A DNA stretch of 53,908 bases, taken from assembly GCA_965225085.1 (NCBI GenBank), contig CBDDBE010000003.1, positions 67,023-120,930 of the forward strand. The letters run 5' to 3'. This DNA is from an uncultured Candidatus Saccharibacteria bacterium. Lineage in GTDB: Bacteria > Patescibacteriota > Saccharimonadia > Saccharimonadales > EFPC-124. The notes beneath the pieces were generated by a model. The model had not been told where the DNA came from and searched no databases. It saw only the letters and a list, made by a program, of their open reading frames with translations. Within the stretch, counting starts at the first letter, position 1. Each line of letters starts with the position of its first letter. The position numbers were made by a program, and so were the translations under genes. Shown here one piece after another: positions 28,910 through 38,080 of this stretch.

Positions 28910-29311
28910 ATGCTTATATCACCTGAGAAAATTGGCCCATCACAAGATTTCCTAAAAGAACGCACTGTAAGATTTATCTTTTCTTGCCTGCGTGACGGTA
29001 ATACCCAAGAATTGCCCCCAACGCCACTTGTGCGTAAAGATGACGAAGGAAATTTAGTTGCGATTGACGGACACAATCTTATAGCCGTTAGGCAATTTCG
29101 AGGCGAAGACATTGAAGTGATCGTTGCAGAATCAGCCGCCGACGGGCTGCCACCAACGTCAGAGGCAAACATTACTCGCAATGAAGAGTTGGCCGCTAAA
29201 TATAGCTCTGTCTTGGATGAACGACAAAAAGTTGCTGCTAAGGGTGTAGTAACTTTTGCTGATCTCGTTGTACGGTACCAGTCTTTATTTGACGAAGTGT
29301 CGGCTGCATAA
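28910..29311 (+). CDS. ParB/Sulfiredoxin-like N-terminal-fold protein
   Basis: I.PSQ..L, P.VR....G.LV.IDGHN pattern; TGA-TATAAT 6 nt before ATG. Confidence 0.55.
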   Translation: MLISPEKIGPSQDFLKERTVRFIFSCLRDGNTQELPPTPLVRKDDEGNLVAIDGHNLIAVRQFRGEDIEVIVAESAADGLPPTSEANITRNEELAAKYSSVLDERQKVAAKGVVTFADLVVRYQSLFDEVSAA

Positions 29312-29426
29312 AATCAGCAACACATTCTAAATATAAAAGCCACATTAACTCGTCTCATAAAATCTAGTCTCTTCAGTCTTTGGCTCAATGATGTGAATCT
29401 CTTCGTTGTAATAGGTCCAACCTATG

Positions 29427-29450
29427 GGTTCAAGTGCTCTCTCGCTCATC
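29427..29450 (+). repeat. Degenerate copy of the tRNA-Leu 3' end (att-like scar 2)
   Basis: GGTTCAAGTGCTCTCTCGCTCATC versus tRNA 28778-28801 GGTTCAAGTCCTCTCTCGCGCACC: 21/24 identical. Confidence 0.75.
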
Positions 29451-29468
29451 GTGCTATATACTATAGTT

Positions 29469-29825
29469 ATGAAGTATAAGAAAATTGTCCTCGCCGCAAT
29501 CCTTCTTGCCGTGGTAGTCCTTGCTGGGTTTGCCGTTTGGCGGGGAACGAGCCATAACAATACTTCCGAAGGTCCCCAAACTATTAGAGGTCGCGTCGCA
29601 GCCATCAATAATGGTTGTTTCGCTGACGGGGGGTGTTCTGTAACGCTTGACGACTCGAGGGTGATTATTACGGGATGTGGGTTAATGGCTAATGGAAGAA
29701 CCTGCAAATCATATGACCAATCGAAACTGCATAGTGGACAGCAAATTGAGGCTTCAGTGATGAAAGGCGAATCAGGAACGTATAATCTAGAGTGCGCTTC
29801 CTGTACGATTCGTGTCATCGAGTAG
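29469..29825 (+). CDS. Membrane-anchored/secreted small protein with six Cys, possibly OB-fold-like
   Basis: MKYKK + hydrophobic anchor; NGCFADGGCSV, GCG, TC, ECASC; TATACT 6 nt before ATG 29469. Confidence 0.7.
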   Translation: MKYKKIVLAAILLAVVVLAGFAVWRGTSHNNTSEGPQTIRGRVAAINNGCFADGGCSVTLDDSRVIITGCGLMANGRTCKSYDQSKLHSGQQIEASVMKGESGTYNLECASCTIRVIE

Positions 29826-29993
29826 GTTCCACAACTTTACCATCCAGATACACAAACCCAAAGTCGAGCAATTTCTTGTGCATTAGCAAAATACTCACCT
29901 CGATTTGGGCTCCAGCTAACGCTGCATGCGCGCACCATAATCAGAATTAACTAAAATCACGACAGAAGTCGTGGTTTTTGATATACTCGCCCC

Positions 29994-30533
29994 ATGTCCA
30001 AGATTGAACTACTTGCGCTCAATGGCGCGCCGGGTACTGGCAAAAGCACGACTACACGTGCTATTTCTGAATATCTAGGCGCTGCTGCAATACCACATGC
30101 TGTCATTGATGTCGACGAGCTTGCTCTCATATTTGACGGCAGGTCATTTGACCAGAAAAAAGCCTTTATGTGGCGAAATCTAGCCGCGATTTGGTCCAAT
30201 TATATAGATGTAGGGGATATCAAAATCATCATTCCTCTAGTTATCGACAACGACACTGAGCTGGAAGCATTCAAGGCAGCCACGCCAGGCGCAGAACGCA
30301 TCATGTGTGAACTCACGGCCCCTGCGGGCGTTCTAAAGCAGCGCATTGCTGAGCGCGAGCCCGGCAGTCAAGAAACAATGTTCAAGCTCATAGACCACTA
30401 CGATCAGCACCGGCAAGCGAACATAGGCAAATATGCTGACTTCGAGGTGGCAACGGATGATAAAAACATTGCCGAAACAGTGGCCGAGGTTATTGCCAAG
30501 GCAGGGTGGCAAATGCCCGATATGTTATTCTAG
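29994..30533 (+). CDS. P-loop nucleoside/antibiotic kinase-like protein (AAA_33/adenylate-kinase-like)
   Basis: LNGAPGTGKSTT, IDVDE, LTAP..VLKQRIAERE lid motif. Confidence 0.75.
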   Translation: MSKIELLALNGAPGTGKSTTTRAISEYLGAAAIPHAVIDVDELALIFDGRSFDQKKAFMWRNLAAIWSNYIDVGDIKIIIPLVIDNDTELEAFKAATPGAERIMCELTAPAGVLKQRIAEREPGSQETMFKLIDHYDQHRQANIGKYADFEVATDDKNIAETVAEVIAKAGWQMPDMLF

Positions 30534-30635
30534 GTGCAAAGGGAGCACCATGAACATAACTTCAGGCGTCTTGGCGCACACTGACACTTCGAATAGCGAT
30601 GCATGGCGGGCCATCACCAATACTTTTCGGGTCAA

Positions 30636-31187
30636 ATGAACACTTACGTCGTGCTTATCCGAGGCATCAATGTTGGCGGCAAAAACAAAGTACCAATGGC
30701 AGATCTGCGAGTATGCCTGCAAAAGCTCGGATTCGCCAACGTCGCTACCTACATTGCCAGCGGCAACGCCATATTGCAATCCGACCGCAGCCGTATCCAG
30801 GTAAAAGCCAAAATCGAAGCAGCGCTCCCCCTAAGCTTTAGTATCGCAACTGAGCTCATCAAGGTTCTAGTCCTAACCACAAAGCAGCTTCAAGCTATCG
30901 TCGACAACAAGCCCGCGGGCTTTGGTGAACAGCCCGATACGTATTTGTGTGATGTTATATTTCTGATAGACACCGATGCCTCCCAGGCCATGGCAGTATT
31001 TAGGCCCCGCGAGGGTATTGATAGAGTTTGGCCAGGCGATGGAGCGATCTATTCGCAGCGCCTCAGTGCCGAACGTGCTAAAAGTAGGTTGAGCAGCATC
31101 GCAGGTACGCCCGCCTACTAGTCCATGACTATTCGCAATTGGAATACAACAACAAAGTTGCTCACGCTGCTAAAAGAGTTGGAGTAA
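30636..31187 (+). pseudogene. DUF1697 family protein interrupted by an in-frame TAG
   Basis: YVVLIRGINVGGKNKVPMADL, VATYIASGN; TAG at 31119-31121 followed in frame by the family-type tail SMTIRNWNTTTKL to TAA 31187. Confidence 0.75.
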
Positions 31188-31277
31188 AACAGAATTAACA
31201 GAGTCTAGCGCTCGACCATAGCATCTCATCGGCTAGGCCTAAGTCGTCGCTACAACCTCACACCGAAACTACTTTGG

Positions 31278-34200
31278 CTACAGACGGTCGCGGATCTCAC
31301 GGAATACATCAGGTGCGACATCGGCGTCAGCAAGGGTATTGCGGTTACGCGGGCTCAAAATACTAGTCAGTTTATCACGCAATGCGTTCCGAGCATCAGG
31401 ATTCATGCCCGCCAAAACAGCGTCGCGGTGCTGCACCTTGCCGGCATCGGTCACATCAGGGTTCAACAGTTCGTGCGTGTTGGTCAAAAGGCCGTACTTC
31501 ATGCTTACGATGCTATTTTCGCTCGCCTTGGACATACTATCTAGCCGCTGCACGTGCATTGCCACACTCGCTGCGTCGCGGCCAGCAGGCGTCGACATAT
31601 CGAAATCTCGCCCGCTCGCCAAATTGAATTGCGTCGTAAGGTGGTGGCCGCCCTTTTCCTTCAGGGCGCTCTCGTTGCGCCTGATGATATCATCCACGAG
31701 GGTTTGGTTCAGTGAGCTATTCATACGGGCCGCCTCTATAGCGCCAACATGCCCTTGCGATGCAGCCGAATCTAGGAAGGCGCGTCGCAGTCGTTCCTCA
31801 TTCGCTGCAAAATCAAACGTCTGGCCATTGGAGCCTGTAATAAAGCTCTTGGCGCGGTTGTTCGGATCCTCCAGGTATGCCGCCGTCCTGTCTGAGAAGC
31901 TCTCTTCATCAAGCCCCAGCCGTCGCATTTCGTCAGTGAGGAGTGATCGCTCAGCCTTAATGTCTTCATCGCGCGCCCTTGCCGCAACATCGGCGGCGCC
32001 GGCGGCGGCACGAGTCCTACCGGCGTTGCCAGCGACACCGGCCGCACGTCCACGCCTCAGGTTGCCGATCACACCTGGACGGCTCATTGCCTCGGCCAGA
32101 TAGTCCTGTTGAGCATTTTGCAGGTTGCTGGCACGCGCATTACGCACCGCTTGGCGCCGCAGACCCAGCTTGCCAATTCCTGAACGGAACTTGGCCTCCT
32201 GCGCAAGTACACCAGCGCGCTGCTTGGCCTGCCTGGTGCGCGGCTGAATAATCCTACGCCTCGCGAAGCCCGAGGCCCATGCCATGGCTGTGCCCGACGC
32301 AGCAAATGTTGCCGGCAAAGCAGCAAGCGGTATTACGTAGGCGAAGAATTGCAACACTATGCGTGCCGCCTGCCCAAAGTCGTTAGAAAAGCCGCTACCG
32401 CCAAACTGAAAATCTGGCTGCTGTAGCACTGCTCCAAAAATCTTGCCCGACGCAAAAAGCAACACGATCATGGGATACATCATCAGCAGCTTTATAAGCG
32501 CTTGTCGCCACTTCTTAAAGTACCCTTCAGTATTTGGCAGCATATATAGCAAAATCGCGACCGGCGACAGCACGACCAATAGGATAATGACGGTCTGCCG
32601 TACTATCAGCACGACGACCACCACCAAAACCACAATTGCCGCGAGGCCGATGAAACTAAATAGCCACCCAATAGCAGCGCCACCGGTCAGCAAGACACTC
32701 CCCAGCGCTGCGCCGCCCAACACGAATATATTCTGAATCGTACTAGAGCTGGTTCCGTCGGACAATCCGTTATTTAGCTGCGTGGTACCAGCTGCTTTTA
32801 GCGCTGCAAGTACCAGTTGTGATATGCCGCCGCCGAATATGTTGAAGACATCTATTACGAAGGCTATCGCGAAATACGAGAGGTTGATGCCAACCGCGAC
32901 GATGAGTAAACGTGGCAAAACTCGTTTGAGGCCATACTTACTGAACGCGATAGAGAATATGCTTATGAATAGGAATAGCACAAATCCAACATTCGCCGCA
33001 TCGCGAAAATCCTGCCAGATGATATAGGTGGGGTTCTTGGAATTGGTGGTCAGCGGCGAGACTGTCAGGAAAGGGATGATAATATTATTCTCGAAAAAGT
33101 CTGTCGCCTTGGCAATTATCTCTGTGACAGGACATATTACCCACGCCAACGCGCCCGCAACACCATCGCCGGTCGTACATACTGGCTGGTCGGGAGGTGC
33201 CTGAGGAGTCTCGTCAATAACGAGCGTAAATTCACCCCCCAACAAGTCAACTTTGGTAACATTCACGCACGCGGCACCAGTGGCGCAGGCTTTGTAGATA
33301 CCGGGCGCCATATTGGCAAAACTCGTGTCGACATTTATCGTGACTGTTTTGTGACACCACGCGCCATTTTCGGATTTTCCAGGCAGGCTTTGTCCGGGCG
33401 GAGTGAGGGCGTCGTAGGTCTTTCCTTGGCTGTCCGTAAGCTGAACGTCAATAGGTGAAACACTGGCAGACGCGCCACAAAGCACATCGGGTATGATAAA
33501 TTGGATGTGCCCAACGATTTGCTTTTGGTCGGCAGAGACAAACCCGCTACCGTACCTAGTAGCACCTCCTTGCTGTTGACCAATATACTTTGTCTTATGA
33601 AACTTCTGGCCTGGAAGAACATTACCGGGGTTACAACTTTTCCCGACATACGAGTCGCAGACAAGGTAGTCCCCTTCGCTCAAATTGGAAATTACACTAT
33701 CATACTCAACCGGTGTTTGGTCGGGTGGACGTTGGCCGTTCTGATCTTGGTACAAAGCATTCGCCGTCCAGGTCAGAAGGAGTTTAGAGCCGTCGGCGGT
33801 ATACAGATACATTGTGACATTTGGCGGTGCAGTCGTCTTCGGATCGGGCGCGTCTACCGCAAACCCGTAGGTCATCTGGTCCGGAGTCTCTGGCTGCAAT
33901 GGGTCGGGGCCTCTGGTGCCACCTATCTGGAACCATTGGTTCGAGAGGCTTGGACGATATTGTGAGGTCCTGGTATCACCCTGGATAGTGAGCCCATCGC
34001 ACGATGGTATTGTACCTTTTGCTCCAGCTGCTGAGGTGCCCGGGTCGTGCGGCTGGGAAATAAACTGCCCAGTGGTGTCGCCCGAGGCATGATACAGAAA
34101 AAAATGTATAAACAGATAGCAATAGCCGCCATGATAATCATCGTAATAGATATCGCCGACAAACATAGCCGATTCATCACCCTGCGTCCTGTACGTCCGA

Positions 34201-34385
34201 TCGAGCTTGAGTGTGCTCGTTTGGCGGACTTGCGGACCAGTAAATGAAATAGTCAAATAATCTTTCCACGTCAACGTATCGCCAGCAAATGCATGGGCGG
34301 GGATGCTCTGAAGCAACAACGCCAGCACAGATACCGCCAGTGCGGCTACGCTCACTCTACGGACGCACGATGCAATTAACCTCAC
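31278..34385 (-). CDS. Large multi-pass membrane protein with VirB6/TrbL-like core and Cys-rich extracellular N-terminus
   Basis: Signal peptide; W..FRD.AN..F, LPRLLIVAV.INLSY, LIVRQ..I.LLVVLSPVA.LLY.LPNT..YFKKW; basic helical C-terminus. Confidence 0.7.
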   Translation of the reverse strand: MRLIASCVRRVSVAALAVSVLALLLQSIPAHAFAGDTLTWKDYLTISFTGPQVRQTSTLKLDRTYRTQGDESAMFVGDIYYDDYHGGYCYLFIHFFLYHASGDTTGQFISQPHDPGTSAAGAKGTIPSCDGLTIQGDTRTSQYRPSLSNQWFQIGGTRGPDPLQPETPDQMTYGFAVDAPDPKTTAPPNVTMYLYTADGSKLLLTWTANALYQDQNGQRPPDQTPVEYDSVISNLSEGDYLVCDSYVGKSCNPGNVLPGQKFHKTKYIGQQQGGATRYGSGFVSADQKQIVGHIQFIIPDVLCGASASVSPIDVQLTDSQGKTYDALTPPGQSLPGKSENGAWCHKTVTINVDTSFANMAPGIYKACATGAACVNVTKVDLLGGEFTLVIDETPQAPPDQPVCTTGDGVAGALAWVICPVTEIIAKATDFFENNIIIPFLTVSPLTTNSKNPTYIIWQDFRDAANVGFVLFLFISIFSIAFSKYGLKRVLPRLLIVAVGINLSYFAIAFVIDVFNIFGGGISQLVLAALKAAGTTQLNNGLSDGTSSSTIQNIFVLGGAALGSVLLTGGAAIGWLFSFIGLAAIVVLVVVVVLIVRQTVIILLVVLSPVAILLYMLPNTEGYFKKWRQALIKLLMMYPMIVLLFASGKIFGAVLQQPDFQFGGSGFSNDFGQAARIVLQFFAYVIPLAALPATFAASGTAMAWASGFARRRIIQPRTRQAKQRAGVLAQEAKFRSGIGKLGLRRQAVRNARASNLQNAQQDYLAEAMSRPGVIGNLRRGRAAGVAGNAGRTRAAAGAADVAARARDEDIKAERSLLTDEMRRLGLDEESFSDRTAAYLEDPNNRAKSFITGSNGQTFDFAANEERLRRAFLDSAASQGHVGAIEAARMNSSLNQTLVDDIIRRNESALKEKGGHHLTTQFNLASGRDFDMSTPAGRDAASVAMHVQRLDSMSKASENSIVSMKYGLLTNTHELLNPDVTDAGKVQHRDAVLAGMNPDARNALRDKLTSILSPRNRNTLADADVAPDVFREIRDRL

Positions 34386-34885
34386 GATGTATACGCCCCT
34401 GATAGTTCATTAACCTTCCATGTGCTTCCAGCGTGGTAAATCACAATGTTCACTCTGTACGTCTTGCCGCCAATCGAAAAATCGTACGCATAACTGTGCG
34501 GATCAAGATGTAGTTTGGCGGGGTAAGGGTCTGCGGCACCTGGCTGCGGGTTTACATAGACTCCCTTTGCATGCGTCACGATAGTGCCCTTATAGCCGCT
34601 CAAAACCGGAAATATGTAGTTCTTGCGCAAAAAATCCTGAGGGAGACGAGATTTCATCGTATCGCTTAGATTATTGTAGACGTCTGCAACATTGCCCGCG
34701 GTCAGGTCGTGCGCGACATCGTCGGCAATTTTATCTGCAGACTTGAGGTAATCCTGATACGCCGCATATTGCCACACGCCAAAACCGACGCCAGCCAGCG
34801 CGATAATTGCCAGGATGATCAGTATCTTCTTGCGCACGTACTTTAGTAACCCCCAAGGTAGCTTCGGCCTGCCCATTTCATTCAT
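34382..34885 (-). CDS. Single-TM membrane-anchored hypothetical protein
   Basis: RKKILIILAIIALAGVGFGVW anchor; GTGA overlap with the downstream gene; start re-called at ATG 34885. Confidence 0.7.
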   Translation of the reverse strand: MNEMGRPKLPWGLLKYVRKKILIILAIIALAGVGFGVWQYAAYQDYLKSADKIADDVAHDLTAGNVADVYNNLSDTMKSRLPQDFLRKNYIFPVLSGYKGTIVTHAKGVYVNPQPGAADPYPAKLHLDPHSYAYDFSIGGKTYRVNIVIYHAGSTWKVNELSGAYTS

Positions 34886-34986
34886 ATATAACAGTACCAA
34901 AAGATACCCGGCTTTGCTAGATGGTACGCGCAAGTGGCAGCACAAGCGCGTATCTGTTATAATTCGAAAAGTTTCAGAACATTATC

Positions 34987-36303
34987 ATGGCATATTTATC
35001 CACACAGCCCTATCGAGGCACACGAGACTTCTATCCCGAAGACAAGCGGGTTCAAAACTATATCTTCAAAACATGGCAGACCATTGCCGAGCGTTTTGGC
35101 TACGAAGATTATGGAGCGCCGATGCTTGAACCATTTGAACTGTTCGCAGCCAAGAGCGGCCACGATCTGGTGAACGAAGAAACCTACCAATTTACGGACC
35201 GCGGGGGACGCAATGTCGTCATCCGACCAGAGATGACGCCTAGTGTTAGCCGGATGGTCGCTGCCAAACGCCAAGAATTAGCATACCCTGCGCGTTGGTA
35301 TTCGATAGCCAACTTCATGCGCTATGACCGCCCACAGCGCGGACGGGAACGTGAATTTTGGCAGCTCAATGCCGACATCTTTGGTGTTGATACACTGGAC
35401 GCCGAGGCTGAAATTATTACCATGGCCGACACCATCATGCAGGCCTTTGGGGCAACGCACAAAATGTACACCATCCGCGTAAACAGTCGCCAGCTGATCA
35501 ACTTTGTGATGACCGAATACCTCGAGCTAGACGTAATTCAGAGCTCGCTGATGATAAAGCTCTTTGATAAGAAAGATAAGATTGCCCACGAAGAATTCCG
35601 CGATCGAGCCGCCGAAATCTTTGACGAAGGTAAAGCGCGCGATGGCCTGAAACGAATTGCCAACCTGCTTAGCGCCAAAACTATGAACGATCTGCCCAAA
35701 GAGCTCCTGGACAGCAGCGCGGTCAAAGAAGTACAACTGCTGTTCACCCTCCTCCGCGAGCATGGCGTGGCCAACGCCGTCTTTGACATTTCGTTGATGC
35801 GAGGGTTCGACTATTACACCGGCATCGTCTTTGAGGTGTTTGACAACGACCCAGAGAATCGCCGTTCGATGTTTGGCGGCGGAAGGTATGACGGCCTGAT
35901 TGGCTTATTTGGCGTCGAGCCCGTGCCAACAGTCGGCATGGCCCCAGGCGCAACAACTATGGAAGACTTCCTTCGCAGCCACAATCTACTGCCCTCATTC
36001 GAATCAACCACCGAGATCTACCTTGTCGTGCTGGGCAATGCTCTAAAAGGCGCACAGAAGTTAGCCACAAAACTACGTGACGAAGGCGTTAATATCGAAG
36101 TCGACATCACCGGTCGCAAGCTGGACAAACAGATCAAAACCGCCGTCAAGAAAAAAATCCCATTCATGCTATTTGTTGGCGACAAAGAACTCGATGACGA
36201 GATCTATCCGCTGAAGGACGTCACCCACGAGCGTGAACAAAAGCTATCGTTCGAACGCATCGTAATCGAAGTTAAGGACTATCGCAACGGGGACGAGCTT
36301 TAG
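34987..36303 (+). CDS. hisS: Histidine--tRNA ligase
   Basis: RGTRDF, RPEMTP, RYDRPQRGREREFWQ, RGFDYYTG, GGGRYDGL, anticodon-binding domain. Confidence 0.97.
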   Translation: MAYLSTQPYRGTRDFYPEDKRVQNYIFKTWQTIAERFGYEDYGAPMLEPFELFAAKSGHDLVNEETYQFTDRGGRNVVIRPEMTPSVSRMVAAKRQELAYPARWYSIANFMRYDRPQRGREREFWQLNADIFGVDTLDAEAEIITMADTIMQAFGATHKMYTIRVNSRQLINFVMTEYLELDVIQSSLMIKLFDKKDKIAHEEFRDRAAEIFDEGKARDGLKRIANLLSAKTMNDLPKELLDSSAVKEVQLLFTLLREHGVANAVFDISLMRGFDYYTGIVFEVFDNDPENRRSMFGGGRYDGLIGLFGVEPVPTVGMAPGATTMEDFLRSHNLLPSFESTTEIYLVVLGNALKGAQKLATKLRDEGVNIEVDITGRKLDKQIKTAVKKKIPFMLFVGDKELDDEIYPLKDVTHEREQKLSFERIVIEVKDYRNGDEL

Positions 36304-36343
36304 GGTATACTAACAACGTCCTGTTTCTTGATTATCTGGAGGT

Positions 36344-36631
36344 ATGATGGGATCGCCAGCAATCACGCCGCTACGTATAATTGACATACGTACAGCTCCA
36401 CGTACGCTCAAGCGGAGACGGCCCGTATCGACGGCGTATTATAGAATCCGCCTAGGCGAGCCTATCGGAGTAGCCGTCCTCAAGCAGCTTGTTAGCCTTG
36501 AGTGGATAGAAAAGGCTTTTGTTAGTAACGGAAATGAGCTCAACCTCACCGTCGACCTAGTAACCATGCCAGAGCTCTACAGGAACACCGAGTGGCTTCT
36601 GTTTCGCCTATGGCAGGTGATACAAGACTAG
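36344..36631 (+). CDS. Hypothetical protein (95 aa)
   Basis: SD GGAGG; 14-bp stem AGCAGGCCCACTGG/CCAGTGGGCCTGCT after the stop. Confidence 0.55.
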   Translation: MMGSPAITPLRIIDIRTAPRTLKRRRPVSTAYYRIRLGEPIGVAVLKQLVSLEWIEKAFVSNGNELNLTVDLVTMPELYRNTEWLLFRLWQVIQD

Positions 36632-36725
36632 AAAGCAGGCCCACTGGTTGATATCCCGTCGCCAGTGGGCCTGCTAAACTGCTCATGCTGTTCGAAACAG
36701 ATCAAAACTCGTATAATCAAAAAAT

Positions 36726-38018
36726 ATGAATTACACACGCAAGAACCCATCCGACACCATGACGTCGCTGGCCGTCACACTCGACGCTTCAGACCTGGCA
36801 GATGTCAAGAAAAAAACGATTTCCCACCTCAGCAAGAAATTGAAAGTAGCTGGCTTTCGCCCCGGCAAAGTACCTGCCGCAATCGCCGAAAAGCACCTCG
36901 ACCCAAATGCCGTCAACGCTGAGGTTGCCGAAGACGCTGTGAACGGATTTATGATCGATATCCTCGAGAAGGAATCGGTGCGACCGCTTGATCGCCCAAA
37001 GGTCAATCTGACGAAGTACGTCCCTGGCGAACTACTTGAATTCACCGCTGACGTCGAGATCCTGCCAGCCGTCAAACTTGGCGATTACAAGAACCTCAAG
37101 GCCGCCAAGGAAGTAGTTGACGTGCCCGAAGCTGAAATCGACGAAGTACTAGAGCGCATGCGCGCCAGCATGGCCGAGAAAAAACCGGTCGACCGCGCCG
37201 CACAGAACGACGACGAAGTTATCATCGACTTCCGCGGCACCGACAAGGACGGCAAGGAGGTTGCCGGCGCAACTGGCAGCGACTATCCTTTGACGCTGGG
37301 CAGTAACAGCTTCATTCCTGGCTTCGAGGAAGGCTTAGTGGGCAAGAAGGTCGGGGAACACGTCGACCTCCTGCTCACATTCCCCAAGGACTACCATCAC
37401 AAACCGCTCGCGAATGCCAAGGTTACCTTTGCTGTTGACATCAAGGAAGTCAAAAGCCAAGACCTCCCGGCACTTGACGATGCCTTCGCTACCAAAGCCG
37501 GCCCCTTCAAGACACTCGACGCGCTCAAAGCCGACATCAAGCGTGAACTGACTGAGCAAAAGGAACGTGAAGCGCTCGACAAGCTCCGTGACCAGCTCAT
37601 CGAGCAGCTCATCAAGGGCAGCACGATTCCAGCGCCCGACGTGCTTATCAACGACCAGATGCAGAGCCTGGAGCAAGACTTCGTGCAAAACTTGCTCTAT
37701 CGTGGCATGACGCTGGCTCAGTACCTCGAACAGCAAGGCATATCAGAGGACGAGTGGCGCGATAAAGAGCTCCGCGACCAAGCAATTCGCCGCGTACAGG
37801 TGGGTCTGGCATTGGCTGAGCTCAGCAAAATCGAGCAGATCGACGCCAGCATGGATGAACTAAATGCACGAATGGCCGACATGCTGCAGCGGTATGGCAA
37901 CGACGCCAAAATCCGTGAGCAGCTCGACACACCAGAAGCGCGTCGAGACCTCGCCAACCGCGTGATTACCGAGAAAACCGTTGACCGCTTGGTCGAGCTC
38001 AACACACCTCAGAAATAG
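36726..38018 (+). CDS. tig: Trigger factor
   Basis: GFRPGKVP signature, FKBP domain (LG...FIPGFEE.LVG, FP.DYH...LA), C-terminal domain. Confidence 0.97.
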   Translation: MNYTRKNPSDTMTSLAVTLDASDLADVKKKTISHLSKKLKVAGFRPGKVPAAIAEKHLDPNAVNAEVAEDAVNGFMIDILEKESVRPLDRPKVNLTKYVPGELLEFTADVEILPAVKLGDYKNLKAAKEVVDVPEAEIDEVLERMRASMAEKKPVDRAAQNDDEVIIDFRGTDKDGKEVAGATGSDYPLTLGSNSFIPGFEEGLVGKKVGEHVDLLLTFPKDYHHKPLANAKVTFAVDIKEVKSQDLPALDDAFATKAGPFKTLDALKADIKRELTEQKEREALDKLRDQLIEQLIKGSTIPAPDVLINDQMQSLEQDFVQNLLYRGMTLAQYLEQQGISEDEWRDKELRDQAIRRVQVGLALAELSKIEQIDASMDELNARMADMLQRYGNDAKIREQLDTPEARRDLANRVITEKTVDRLVELNTPQK

Positions 38019-38036
38019 CTCCTCCCAAGTCCAGAA

Positions 38037-38063
38037 TTAGCACTCTTGCGCACAGAGTGCTAA
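38037..38063. promoter_or_regulatory. CIRCE element (HrcA operator) overlapping the clpP promoter
   Basis: Exact TTAGCACTC-N9-GAGTGCTAA; TTGCGC (38046)-17-TATACT (38069), ATG 6 nt later. Confidence 0.93.
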
Positions 38064-38080
38064 TTTCTTATACTTAAACT

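Noticed and set aside
28803-31270. Prophage or IS element at tRNA-Leu
   Set aside because: No integrase, transposase, terminal inverted repeats or phage structural genes; retained only as the att-scar island finding
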